A DNA stretch of 63,993 nucleotides, the filler included, from Aduncisulcus paluster (taxonomy: Eukaryota), in assembly GCA_024181965.1 (NCBI GenBank). It is 11 parts of 11 records of this genome, joined end to end, with 100 filler letters (N's around TTAATTAATTAA, not from the genome) between each part and the next. Parts side by side here need not be neighbours in the genome. Positions count along the whole stretch, not along the records: positions 34,224 to 50,790 come from BQXS01000160.1; 10 more parts are not named here. One strand, 5' to 3'. The notes under the pieces were generated by a model that saw only the letters and a list, made by a program, of their open reading frames with translations, searched no databases and had not been told where the DNA came from. Both the position numbers and the translations under genes were made by a program. Every line of letters begins with the position of its first letter. Position 1 is the stretch's first letter. Shown here piece after piece: positions 34,224 through 45,287 of the stretch.

Positions 34224-37200
34224 TTATAGATTCATAATGTTTTATCCGCGATTTATCTCTTTTCTTTATCTCACTGATTAACTTCTTTGTGCTTCTAAAC
34301 CAAACGCATAATTCTCTGCCACAAATAGAACTTAAGAGATCGCTGTTTATCTCATTGGCCTCGTCAAGAGAAAGGGATGATAGATTCTGTTTTGGAAATA
34401 TGATGGCTTTTCCAGAATCATAGAGAGCACAATGTTTACGAGAAAATATCTTTCTAAGTGGAAGCAATGGCGTCATAAATCGATGATTAGCCAAATTATA
34501 AGGTGCTTTCGAGAAAGAAATGGGAGATTGCGGTGAAGCGTCGATATTTCTATTTCCAATTGAAATGTGGACATTATCAATGGTTTCATTAAGATTGACG
34601 ATCTCATTTCCACTTTCTTTCACGGATATACACACAATACGAACATATTCAACGGAAGACAGAGAGAATGAGTGAGAAAATATCGAAGAAAAGGCAGACA
34701 TATCCATATATCCTGAAGATTTTCTAAATGGGTGTTTTCCAAATTCCTTTCCGCCTGGTAAATATTGAAAACTTGACTGAGCTCGTATTTGTTGTTCTTT
34801 TGCATAATCATAGACTTTTAACCCCTGGGCTTGAATTGATTCTATATAAGTTCTGAGTTGAATGGCATCATCTTGCGTTTTGTGAAGCAATCGACTCTCC
34901 ATCTCAATTTCTTCCATCTTATCAACACTCTCAGCAAGGCCAGAAACGAGACTAAACACATCTTCAACCATTGACGGATCAACATCTTCATGGATCGCCT
35001 GAGAATCTTCATTATGATATTCAGAACCTGAGATACCGAGCATTGACGACATTCTTTTGAACGTCGACCGAAGAGAAATTAATTCATCTTTCTCTTTCCC
35101 AACAAGGCAGAGAGAACATGCCTCAAGCCTTTGTTCAGCAGCAAGAAGTTTCTTTTGAAGTTTTTGTAACTCAAAATATCCAATAGACTCCTTGAGAGAT
35201 TCAAATTCTTTCCGGGCATTCTCAATGGCAATTTCTTTCTCAAGTTTAATTTTAGAATAGTTGTTAATGGTTCGTTGTTTTTCTTTAATATCTTGATCCA
35301 AATCTCTTTGTTTTCTCTTCGAAGTTCGAACTTGTTCCCGAAGAATGACAATCTCATCTCCCTTTGCAAGTAAATGTTTCTCAAGAGCAGCAATCTGGTC
35401 TGCGAGTTCGCTTCTCTCTTGGAGCCACTCGCAGTGTCTTTGTTCCCATTCAGCTTGCTCCATCTGCCAATCTTGCTCCTTTTGCTTCCACTGTTCTTCA
35501 ATGGTTGTCAGAGGAAGAGCGAGTTTCTTCTTCAACTCTCTTCTTGCTTGTTTTTCTTCTAGCTTTCTGAGTTCTTCTTTCTGAGCCTCTTTCATGATCT
35601 CGTCAACAGCAAACACGGCTGCGGCGGCCATTCCTTTCCCAGATTTAAATTCAAAGAATCGAGGAGACGACATTTCACTCTCTTCAAACCCTCCTGTTTG
35701 NNNNNNNNNNNNNNNNNNNNCTCGCAGTGTCTTTGTTCCCATTCAGCTTGCTCCATCTGCCAATCTTGCTCCTTTTGCTTCCACTGTTCTTCAATGGTTG
35801 TCAGAGGAAGAGCGAGGTTCTTCTTCAACTCTCTTCTTGCTTGTTTTTCTTCTAGCTTTCTGAGTTCTTCTTTCTGAGCCTCTTTCATGATCTCGTCAAC
35901 AGCAAACACGGCTGCGGCGGCCATTCCTTTCCCAGATTTAAATTCAAAGAATCGAGGAGACGACATTTCACTCTCTTCAAACCCTCCTGTTTGGCTCGAT
36001 TGTCTCCGCAATATATAGGAAGGAAATGATTTATCACGTCCAAAATCACAAGTATGTTCTGATTTTCCAGCAACAATGGGGGGATATTGGAAGGACAATG
36101 GATCATAATAATCTTGAGTAATATCTTGACTAACAGCATCCATCCATCCTCCTCCCAGATTTTTCGCAGTAGGTTCAACACCTCGCTTGAAAGGAGGGAT
36201 CTGAGAATACCTAGTGGCTGATCGAATTGGGATTGCTTGACGTTGAGAAGCTTTCACATGAGGAGAAACGTTGATATGTTTGCTACTAGCAAGAGTATGA
36301 TGTTGATCCAAAGGAAGTCCTTTTGCTCTCGCGGCTGCAATAGGAATTTTCCGAGAGTTCTGTGTTGGATAGCCGGCGATCACACTTGACGAGGAAGATG
36401 TCGATTCAACACCAGGAAACTCATCGACTATTGGAGAAAACTTGGGAGCATAAGCCGCAGGGAGAGTATTATATTGTCTAAAGTGATATTGTTGATCAAC
36501 CATTTTCTTTTCTCTCTGTGTACGCAAATCATCAGTCGACATTAACTTTATCTCAGGACTTTTTAACAAGGAAGAAGAGCCTGAGCCAGCAACATCTCGT
36601 TGGCCCTTTCCACCAACAGTCGCTATCTCATGCTGTTGTTCGTGCTGTTCGAGGGTGGAAACAACTTGAACTATTCCGGCAATATCAGGGTAAGGAAGTG
36701 TGAGAAGTAAGGAAAGAGTTGTTGATTGGGGAAAAGCAACTGAATTATCCTTGAAGGAATGTCCAGTGAGAATTTCACAAAGGAAAGGAAGACACTCAAT
36801 CGGGAAAGGTCTAAAAATAGATAGAAGGGCAGCTGGTGAGAGAACAGATGAAGGAACAGGAAGAGAGGAGGAGGAATCAGACCGAACTTGAATTTCAATG
36901 AATTTCCTAATATATGTGCATAAAAAGCTTCTTCCATCTGTTTTAGGTCCAAGAGAATCCCAGTTGATTGAAAATATTGAAGTTAATGACTTTTTCTGAA
37001 TGATTTTTGATATTGACAAAAACAATTTCTTTTGTTCCCCAGATAAGGCCATGATATCGAATACAACAACACATGGGGAAAGATGTGAAAGGGTGTCTTG
37101 CAACCTTTCAACCTCTTGTACACCAGCCCAAAAAGAATTTGGAGTTCCACTACGGGAAGAAGAAGAGGAGAGCATTGAGGCAGAGCCAGATCTAGGATCA

Positions 37201-39056
37201 AGGGCACGGGTAGATCGCTCAGACATCAAGGGAGCATCAGGTTTGCCGAACTTCTTTTTGCTTTGCTCTTCGCCTTGTAAATGGAAATCATCAAGTTCAA
37301 GGGGGCAATTTGTTTTGATTTCTAAGGGATGTTCATGGATCACGGGAGGAATGGGATCAGTGGTTGCTGTGTCTGTACTGACTGTTTTTTCAGCAGTTTC
37401 ATCGTCAACACTAGTATAGGCATTGTCACCCTCAGTAAGAATTGTTTCTTTGTTTGTAGAATTGATTGTACTCTCAGATTTGACCTCTTTGTCGGGAATA
37501 ATGTCAACATTATCAATATTACTCTTCTTTAGGTCTTCTTTACCAATGGAAACGCTATCTTTGCTCACCTTGTTATCTTGATCAATACCGGTGGGGGTGC
37601 TAACAATTTCTTCCGATTTCGAATTCTTCGAAGGAAATTGGAGAACACGAGGATTAGATGTAGAATCTTGATTAGATTCATGAGAATCATGGCTTCTATG
37701 GTCAGAATAGTTAGTAATAACGATATCCTTGCTCGAAATAAGATCCTTTTTAAGTTCATCGACAGGAGTAGTGATAGAATCGGTCACTGGCTTCACGTGT
37801 AAGTCATCAATCAAGTTTAGAGAGTTACAAACAGAAGGATTAGGAGTTAAATCCACTGCGGGGATATAACGGGCTTTGGGAGGTGTTGAAAATATGGGAC
37901 TTTCTTTCTCCTCTTCGTCATGAGTCGGGGTTGTGATGAGTTCTGGAAGAGTTGATGTTATTCTTGCTCTTGATCCACTGCTTGATTTATGACGACGCAT
38001 CGACTTCGAGGAGGAACTTCTCTTGGTTCCCTCCAGTAGTTCTTCACTATAATACTCATATTCATACTCTGCATCCAATAGTGATCGTGGGGAGTCAATG
38101 GTTGGATTTGTCTTGGTATCCTTCTTGGTATCTGATATTGTTGTTCTATTTTTGTCGTCAGTGAGATGATCATTGGGAATATCTTCACTCTCTTTCTTCT
38201 CAATGTGATGGGAAGCGACAATTGGTTTTGGAGTAAAAGAACGGGAATAATATTCTTCCTCTTCCTCTTCTTCATGGTTAAAATTTGTATTACTCTTCGA
38301 ATAGTCATCTTCAGAGAGATCTTGATCCTGACCCGGACGGGAATGGGGATCTACCACTTTGGATGTGGCTATCATCGAAGACGACTTGGGAATGGACAGG
38401 AAAGATATGGATGTTTTAGGTTTTGCCAATTCATCGATAGAAGAATCCAAATTCAACGAGAGCAGCATGTCATGCTTTTCAGGGTAGATAGAAACAAATG
38501 TTTTGAGGGGGAAAGAGTTTTTTAGTTCTTCAAATGCAATGGTATATTGAAAAATATCAACTAGAGGAATTCCACCGTCAAAATCATGGGATGAAAAGGT
38601 CGAAAAAAGATGATCGCAAAAATCATCATTAACACGATTTTCTTCGTATATATTAATAATTAATTTCTTTAAATCCTGCCTTTTTACCTTTCTATTTGAA
38701 AATAAAAGATTGTCAGCTGTAATATTACTCACATAAGAAAATTGAAGGAATGTTGGGTATGATTTAGCAACAAATTTGAATAATTCTTTATCTAAACCCT
38801 GATATAATAAAGCTTTATGCAAAACAGTAAGTTCTGTTCCTGAGTGAATTCGACGAATAGTTGTAATAAATGATATTTGCTCTGTAGGCGCATCATCTTT
38901 ATATTTCGCGTTAAAATATTGCATTATACAACTCTTTGTAGAAATACTATCAGATAATTCTGTTAAAATGTCATCTTCATGTACTTTTCTATAGATATCA
39001 ACTACTTTTTGTCCAATGTCAGAATAAGTGGATTTAGAACCAAATAAATCTGCCAT
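34224..39056 (-). CDS. Large hypothetical protein with low-complexity middle and C-terminal coiled coil, 3'-partial; 35428-35700 falsely duplicated as 35721-35993
   Basis: ORFs 35592-39056 and 34168-35742 merge into one frame once the gap duplication is collapsed. Confidence 0.8.
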
Positions 39057-39381
39057 ATTTAATCTATAATTTAATATTAATAAATATTATCCAAAATAAT
39101 TTTATAAAAAAAAGAGGTTATCTCCAAAATAGCAATTTTTCCTGATGTTTAGAAAATTTTGGGTAAATTTCAACTAATTTATTAATTATTGAGTGTAAAA
39201 TGGGATGTAAATTAAGAATATCTTTATTATTTTATGATTATCACTGGAAATATGACAGAAAAAATGAAAATTTTTACATCACGCAAAGAAAGAAATCCAG
39301 AATATTATTTAGTTGCATTTAAATGATAATTTGTTCAATATAAATGAAATAGCTCAAATATAATATGCTTGTGGCTTGTTT

Positions 39382-41046
39382 TTAACGATCACCTTTCTCC
39401 ATGATGCCATGAAACACTTTATCAACTCTTTCAAAAGCTCTATCCTGTTCTAATTGCATCAATTGGCTCAACAAATGTTTTGCTTCAATCTCAAGAACCT
39501 GTTTCTTTGAGGAAACCTTGGATTCTTCCACAGCTTCCATCTTTGCAATTTTACCTTCTTCTTCTCTTCTCTTCATCTCAAGCCATCTTGAATGTTCGAT
39601 TCGCTTTTTCTCTTGTTCACTTTCAAGATGTAATGCACGCAAAGCCTGGGTTTCCTTCTTACGAGCCTTTAAATCTCTCCTCCACTTGTCTTCATCAATG
39701 AAATTCCGGCGTTCTATCATTTGGTTTACATATGCTGTTTCTATTAATGTCTTTTCTGCCTGCCATTCAGCATGACGTTGTACTCTTCTGCGAGTTGTAT
39801 CCGCATCTTGAAGAGCTCGCAAAACTCTCATCTTTGATGATTGAACTTCTCTCTTATCGCCTGATCTCGAACCATATTTGTTAAAACTCCGTCTATACCG
39901 TTGATCAATTGAACTACTAGGTCTTCTTGAAGCAGACAGATATGCAGATCCTGTTGAACTCCTTCCAGGGTGAGAAGATGAGGAAGACGAAGTCATATGA
40001 GTATTTTTGGGCAACTGAGAGCATTTCTTGCGGTGGCTATCCTTCATTTTTCTGGATTTCATAACCGATTTCTCCTTATTCGTCTCAACTGCCAGGGCTT
40101 CACAGATATCCATATATTGTTCCCAAGAAGGAGCATCTGAGGCACGGCATATGACGGAACCACCCCAGCCAGAGCCACCTTTCCTAAAGCGACTGGTATT
40201 ATCAAAGGCTGAACTTGGGCGAGAACGGGAAGAACGGGAACGTTGAGGACTTTGGGGTTGGGCAATGGGGAAAGAGTCACCATACATCGAACACTTACGT
40301 TTACGCGCTGAAGAGGCACGTGGTTTCTTGCTTAGTTTTGATTTAGAAGGTTTTGAGTGGTATGAATAATGTTGAGATTCTATCCTAGATTTTTCTATGG
40401 CTGATCTGAAATCCTGGTCAATAAGGGCCATTTCAGCAGCTTTAATCTCAGATTCTTTGTAGTGAGAGAGAAGTTCTAGCACTTTTTGTTGAGAGTCGGT
40501 GTCAAATTGATCAATCACATCACTACTCATGGGTGAAGAAGTAATTGGAATTTCGACAATCACTCCAGAGGCACCTGGAGATTTAGGGAGAGGTTTTTCA
40601 ATAGTAACTGGTTTTTTCTCTTCAAGAACAAGTTCTTTTTCATCCAAGAATGCCCTAACAGGAAAAGATGGAAGGGTAGAAAACTTAATTCTGACTATTT
40701 CATATATTAGCTCTAAAATAGACACAAGTTGAACAGGGTCCCTATGAACAATCAAATCAGCGCTGAGATAATCGAGGGGAGTTTCTAAAAATTCGCTTAT
40801 AAAGGTCAGTAACACAAAGGTGTTGTGAATTTGATCCCGCTTGGTTTTAGGCGGCCTTTTTAATCCTTCTAAGGTTCTATGCATAACTGATTCAAGGATA
40901 ATTATAAGAAAACTGGGGGTTAGCTGATCAACTGTTGATATTTTGGCATCTTGGAGTTTGGCAAGCACAAGCAATCGATTGGCTGCATCTATAACACTTT
41001 GAGCAACTTTTGTGCCTGATTCTTTTTTATAAGATGAACTGTGCAT
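39382..41046 (-). CDS. CEP95: CEP95-like centrosomal protein (N-terminal CH-like domain plus coiled coil)
   Basis: ILESVMHRTLEGLKRPPKTKRDQIHNT..LDYLSADLIVHRDPVQLVSILELI matches the remembered CEP95 N-terminal pattern; C-terminus is a charged coiled coil. Confidence 0.65.
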   Translation of the reverse strand: MHSSSYKKESGTKVAQSVIDAANRLLVLAKLQDAKISTVDQLTPSFLIIILESVMHRTLEGLKRPPKTKRDQIHNTFVLLTFISEFLETPLDYLSADLIVHRDPVQLVSILELIYEIVRIKFSTLPSFPVRAFLDEKELVLEEKKPVTIEKPLPKSPGASGVIVEIPITSSPMSSDVIDQFDTDSQQKVLELLSHYKESEIKAAEMALIDQDFRSAIEKSRIESQHYSYHSKPSKSKLSKKPRASSARKRKCSMYGDSFPIAQPQSPQRSRSSRSRPSSAFDNTSRFRKGGSGWGGSVICRASDAPSWEQYMDICEALAVETNKEKSVMKSRKMKDSHRKKCSQLPKNTHMTSSSSSSHPGRSSTGSAYLSASRRPSSSIDQRYRRSFNKYGSRSGDKREVQSSKMRVLRALQDADTTRRRVQRHAEWQAEKTLIETAYVNQMIERRNFIDEDKWRRDLKARKKETQALRALHLESEQEKKRIEHSRWLEMKRREEEGKIAKMEAVEESKVSSKKQVLEIEAKHLLSQLMQLEQDRAFERVDKVFHGIMEKGDR

Positions 41047-41404
41047 CAAATATTATAAATATTATTTTTTAATTTTAGTAATGACCAGAAAAATGAATTT
41101 TTCAGGACGAAAAGTTAAGATATTGTGAATGAGAAGTTTAATTTAAGATTTATTAGTTTAATCTGCCTATGTGGGAAATATAAATTCCATATATACCAAA
41201 AATATTGGTATTTCATTTCATAGTATAGAATTAATCATATTTTCCAATTTTCTGGCATTATTACAAAAATTAGTGTAAAATTTACATCTTTATTTTATTA
41301 GATTGTATTTAAATTATTACTTACAACACAAAATACCTTGATATTATTTTTACAAGAGATTTTAGAATTATTCGATTAATTAATTTCGAAAATAGTCACC
41401 ATAT

Positions 41405-43645
41405 ATGGAAGATATTGAACCAAATGTATTAGGATTTCTTTCTGGAGGTGGTGTAGATAAAATAGAGCTTACTAAAGAAGAAGTAACCATTGGTAGAGGA
41501 GAGGCAAACGATATTGTCATAGAAAATCGGAGTGTATCCCAAAATCATGCATTACTTCGTTTTCAATCGCCAACAAGAGCCTTTTTACGTGATTTAAAGT
41601 CCACAAATGGAACCATGGTCAATGAAAAGAGGGTGAAAGGTGAGAGTATTCTACTTAATGATGGTGATGTTGTTAAATTTGGCTATAGCCCGGGTTCTTT
41701 TATGTTCAAATATGTTAACAAATCAAAGTGGGGAAAGAAGGAAGAGAGAAGGGCACCAACAGAGACGAAAAAAATTCCACATAGTCTGTATATCCCCTCT
41801 GCTACCGGTATTACCGTAAAATCTGGTGATGAGCTTGGTGATGACGAAGCTAATGCCGAATATTTTCATGAAGAGGAGGAGGGAGAAGAAGAGGAAGAAG
41901 AAGATGGCAAAGAATTAGAAAGAGAGAATAATGAAAGGAATCAACTTCAACACCAGCCCCCTCATTCTTCGCCTCCTCAACCAGATCCTTCAAAGAGTTT
42001 TAAACAGTTATATGAATCAAATCCAGTTGATGTGAGTGCTGATATATCTCACATGAGACCTCCTGAAATACCTGCTTCTCATTCTCATCCAAATCGTGGC
42101 GATATGAATTATTTTCTCGACGATGGGGATCTAAAGCGGATGGAAGAAACTATGGAGAGTGTTCACAGAATTGAAAAGATGGTGAAGTCTTATTTTCAAG
42201 AATCTTCCAAGTTTGCGCAATCTCTTGAAAAGTGTCAACGAATCGAAGAATTGGTCAAAGAATTAGAATATGATCCAGCTATAAAAACGACTAAAATTGA
42301 AGATAATCCAAAACAAAGTGATCTCAAGCAATATGAAGAGGGTGAGGAAGATAGGGATGAATTTGATCGACCTTTTTCAGGTGATAAATCAAGGATGGCT
42401 GGAAGTTTCAGAGCTTCGTTTACATCTTACGCCAATCCTTCTTCATCATCCCCCGTCCGTTCAAGTTCTAGTGGAACCATGGAAAGACATCATTACTTAA
42501 TCCATGGACTGAGGGAATCGTGTCAATCTCTGGAAGATGCGTTCAAATCGATCGGTGAGCTGAAAAAAGACGAAAGAGTGGAAATATCTACAGCCCTGAA
42601 ACGGACAATGGCAGGATCTTCACACGCTATCCTCAAGAATTTGTCTGTCCCACCCCCTGAACCCATTGTATATTCATTAGAGCAACAACAACCTAGTATC
42701 AGTGGTTATCAATTCCCATCGGAGCTTCCAAATGGAGCAGAGATGGGTCATGATTCCCAGCTTTCACCCGGAATTATGGCCGCGCCTTCCTCTTTAGCTT
42801 CGTATTTCTCTTCAATGTTGATCGAACAACAACGTGAGATTGTTCAGTTAAAAAACAAATTGCTTCAACATCCTCAAATTGCCCCCCAGTCTCATGACAT
42901 TATTTTACTAAAACAGCAGGTGAAAACACTCAAAGCGAGGGAAAATGCAGCGTATGAGCATGCTCACAAACATTTGGGATCGTCTGTTCAAAAATTGACT
43001 GAAACAATTATTCGATTGGAAAGGGAAAAAATTGATACTCATGAACGTCTTAAGGAGCTTGAAGATGCATTGGTGATTGAGAGAATGGAGCGACGTGATG
43101 TGGAAAGCAAAAACAAAGCCCTTGCAGATACCCAAGAAGAGATAACAAAATTGGCTGAAAAAGAAGTCACAGAGGCTCGCCATCAACTCTCTGATCTCCG
43201 GGATCGGCTATTTAAAGCTGCTTCTCTGGCTCATTCGGATCCATCGAGGAGTTGCTCGATGTCAGGTGTTTCATTGATTGAGAGTATACGGACAATGGAA
43301 CATCAACTTGAAGAGAAATGTGAGCTCGTTCATAAATTATATGCCGAGAATAATCAATTACGGAATAGTTTGGCCTCACTCAGCACCAGTGATGATGTTA
43401 AAGATATATATCAGATGAAGGCCAGATGTGAGGTTTTGCGTGCTTCAGCTTCCTTCGAAGAGCGTGAGAGAATGAGTCAGCAATTAGAAAGAGAGATTGA
43501 GAGGAGAGAAGAAGTTGAAGAACAAGTGAAAACCATGGCTGAGAATATTGATTTACTGAAAACAACGGGATCTATGATGGAAAAGGACAAGGCCATTCAA
43601 GTCCTTGCTTGTCTCTGTTCTCTCTTGATCTCAGATAAAAGATAA
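41405..43645 (+). CDS. FHA-domain coiled-coil protein
   Basis: VTIGRGEANDIVIENRSVSQNHA..LRDLKSTNGTMVN..LNDGDVVKFG, then long heptad repeats. Confidence 0.9.
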   Translation: MEDIEPNVLGFLSGGGVDKIELTKEEVTIGRGEANDIVIENRSVSQNHALLRFQSPTRAFLRDLKSTNGTMVNEKRVKGESILLNDGDVVKFGYSPGSFMFKYVNKSKWGKKEERRAPTETKKIPHSLYIPSATGITVKSGDELGDDEANAEYFHEEEEGEEEEEEDGKELERENNERNQLQHQPPHSSPPQPDPSKSFKQLYESNPVDVSADISHMRPPEIPASHSHPNRGDMNYFLDDGDLKRMEETMESVHRIEKMVKSYFQESSKFAQSLEKCQRIEELVKELEYDPAIKTTKIEDNPKQSDLKQYEEGEEDRDEFDRPFSGDKSRMAGSFRASFTSYANPSSSSPVRSSSSGTMERHHYLIHGLRESCQSLEDAFKSIGELKKDERVEISTALKRTMAGSSHAILKNLSVPPPEPIVYSLEQQQPSISGYQFPSELPNGAEMGHDSQLSPGIMAAPSSLASYFSSMLIEQQREIVQLKNKLLQHPQIAPQSHDIILLKQQVKTLKARENAAYEHAHKHLGSSVQKLTETIIRLEREKIDTHERLKELEDALVIERMERRDVESKNKALADTQEEITKLAEKEVTEARHQLSDLRDRLFKAASLAHSDPSRSCSMSGVSLIESIRTMEHQLEEKCELVHKLYAENNQLRNSLASLSTSDDVKDIYQMKARCEVLRASASFEERERMSQQLEREIERREEVEEQVKTMAENIDLLKTTGSMMEKDKAIQVLACLCSLLISDKR

Positions 43646-44083
43646 TTTGTGGTATTTCTCCAATATAATGAATATTGCTGATGATTGATAGGAATTTTTA
43701 AACCTCTGAATTTACAACAATTCACAAACATATCGAATCCTCTTTTTCTCATCTTCAAGGTCTATTTTTATTTTAAAATAATTTGATTTTGACGTGATTG
43801 CACCCTATATTCAGAAAATTTCTTGAAGAAATTACATTTTTAAATAATGATTACGAGGGTGGTTCGAATTCACAAATGATATTATATTGAGATATAAATA
43901 TCAGATAATAGTGAATCTAAACGTCATATTTTCATATGTTTTTGATTAAAAAAATTGTTGGTATTTATAAAAATATTCATTATCGATCATTTTTCTGACG
44001 ATTAGAGTTGAGATATACAGCAAGATAATAAATGAGATATACGGAATAATTTAGATAATATTGTACTATACTGATGGTCAGAC

Positions 44084-45202
44084 CTATGCAAAAAGGTGAG
44101 ATTTTTTAAGTACAAACTTCTTACGCCTCACAACAAGTAAATCGAATGCAAGAATGAACAAAACAGTGGCAACATTCTGGATAATATAGATAAAGCTGGC
44201 TCCTGTTCCAAAGTCTCCCCCAGAGATGTATTTGTTTGGACAATTGATGAGGAACGGGCTTATTTGACCCATAGGCAGAGCATATCCCGCAAGGGTCTCA
44301 CCACCGAACCAAAGACTGAATATATCGTCAATGTGGTGTTGACACCAGTTTGTGATGAGGTCCCCAGTTGTACGATAGAGATACATCCAAGCAGCACCCT
44401 CACAGGTCAAATTAAAGACCATCAAAAAGTATGATGGGTCACGGAAAGATGACAGCATATTAAGGGTATGGACACCGGCATACACAAATCCACTCATAAT
44501 ATACATCACCCAACGACCAAATACACCTTCGGCAACCCATACGGCGTTCACAAATCCACGCCAACTTGTCTCCTCATCAGCAGCATTAATAATGAAACAA
44601 AACTGTTGAAGGGCAAAGAAATAAATAATATTTCCAACAGAATCCTGGGAATAATCGGGCATATCGAAACCATCACAACAATCGGCGGCGACATACATTG
44701 TGGGTGTAATTCCATGAGTAAGCATGGAAATCGTGAGAGAAAGACCCAATCTCATAACCCATTTCATTCCATCTGGTTTCCAATTTGCCTTGCCTTTATG
44801 TAATTGAGGCAATCCTACCTTTTTGGTTGGAATTTGAGCTACATAAACTGAGAAAATGATACAGATAAAAATATTCCAAGCAGAAGCAAGGGAATGCCAC
44901 CACATTTGAGGAATATCGAATGAACTAGCATCAGTAAATGATCTCCTCACCGTAGATGTAAACAGGCCAGAGAACAAAATCAAACCAACTAGTCCAGAGA
45001 CTCTAGAGATCATAATTAGCCAATCTTTTGGTGAAAACTTATTAATTTGTCTCCTTTTCACACATTTCCATTCTTTACAAAGGGTTTTTTGAAGAACTAC
45101 ATCAATAAATAGAAGCAATCCAGACAAAAATATTGCTATCAGCGTAATAATAAATGTTGCGCCCAAATAATTCTGGAAATCGACCCAACAATCGTTTGTC
45201 AT
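44084..45202 (-). CDS. CPBP (CAAX protease type II/Abi) intramembrane metalloprotease
   Basis: Multiple TM helices; DEETSWRG (EExxxR), FVYAGVH (FxxxH), CQHHIDD (HxxxD). Probable ATG at 45202. Confidence 0.78.
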   Translation of the reverse strand: MTNDCWVDFQNYLGATFIITLIAIFLSGLLLFIDVVLQKTLCKEWKCVKRRQINKFSPKDWLIMISRVSGLVGLILFSGLFTSTVRRSFTDASSFDIPQMWWHSLASAWNIFICIIFSVYVAQIPTKKVGLPQLHKGKANWKPDGMKWVMRLGLSLTISMLTHGITPTMYVAADCCDGFDMPDYSQDSVGNIIYFFALQQFCFIINAADEETSWRGFVNAVWVAEGVFGRWVMYIMSGFVYAGVHTLNMLSSFRDPSYFLMVFNLTCEGAAWMYLYRTTGDLITNWCQHHIDDIFSLWFGGETLAGYALPMGQISPFLINCPNKYISGGDFGTGASFIYIIQNVATVLFILAFDLLVVRRKKFVLKKSHLFA

Positions 45203-45287
45203 TATACTCACGTGTATACAAACTTCTCTAAGTGGACAAAACGTGCTATCTGAAATCAAGAAAAAACGTTTTTCTGTTTGGCCACAA

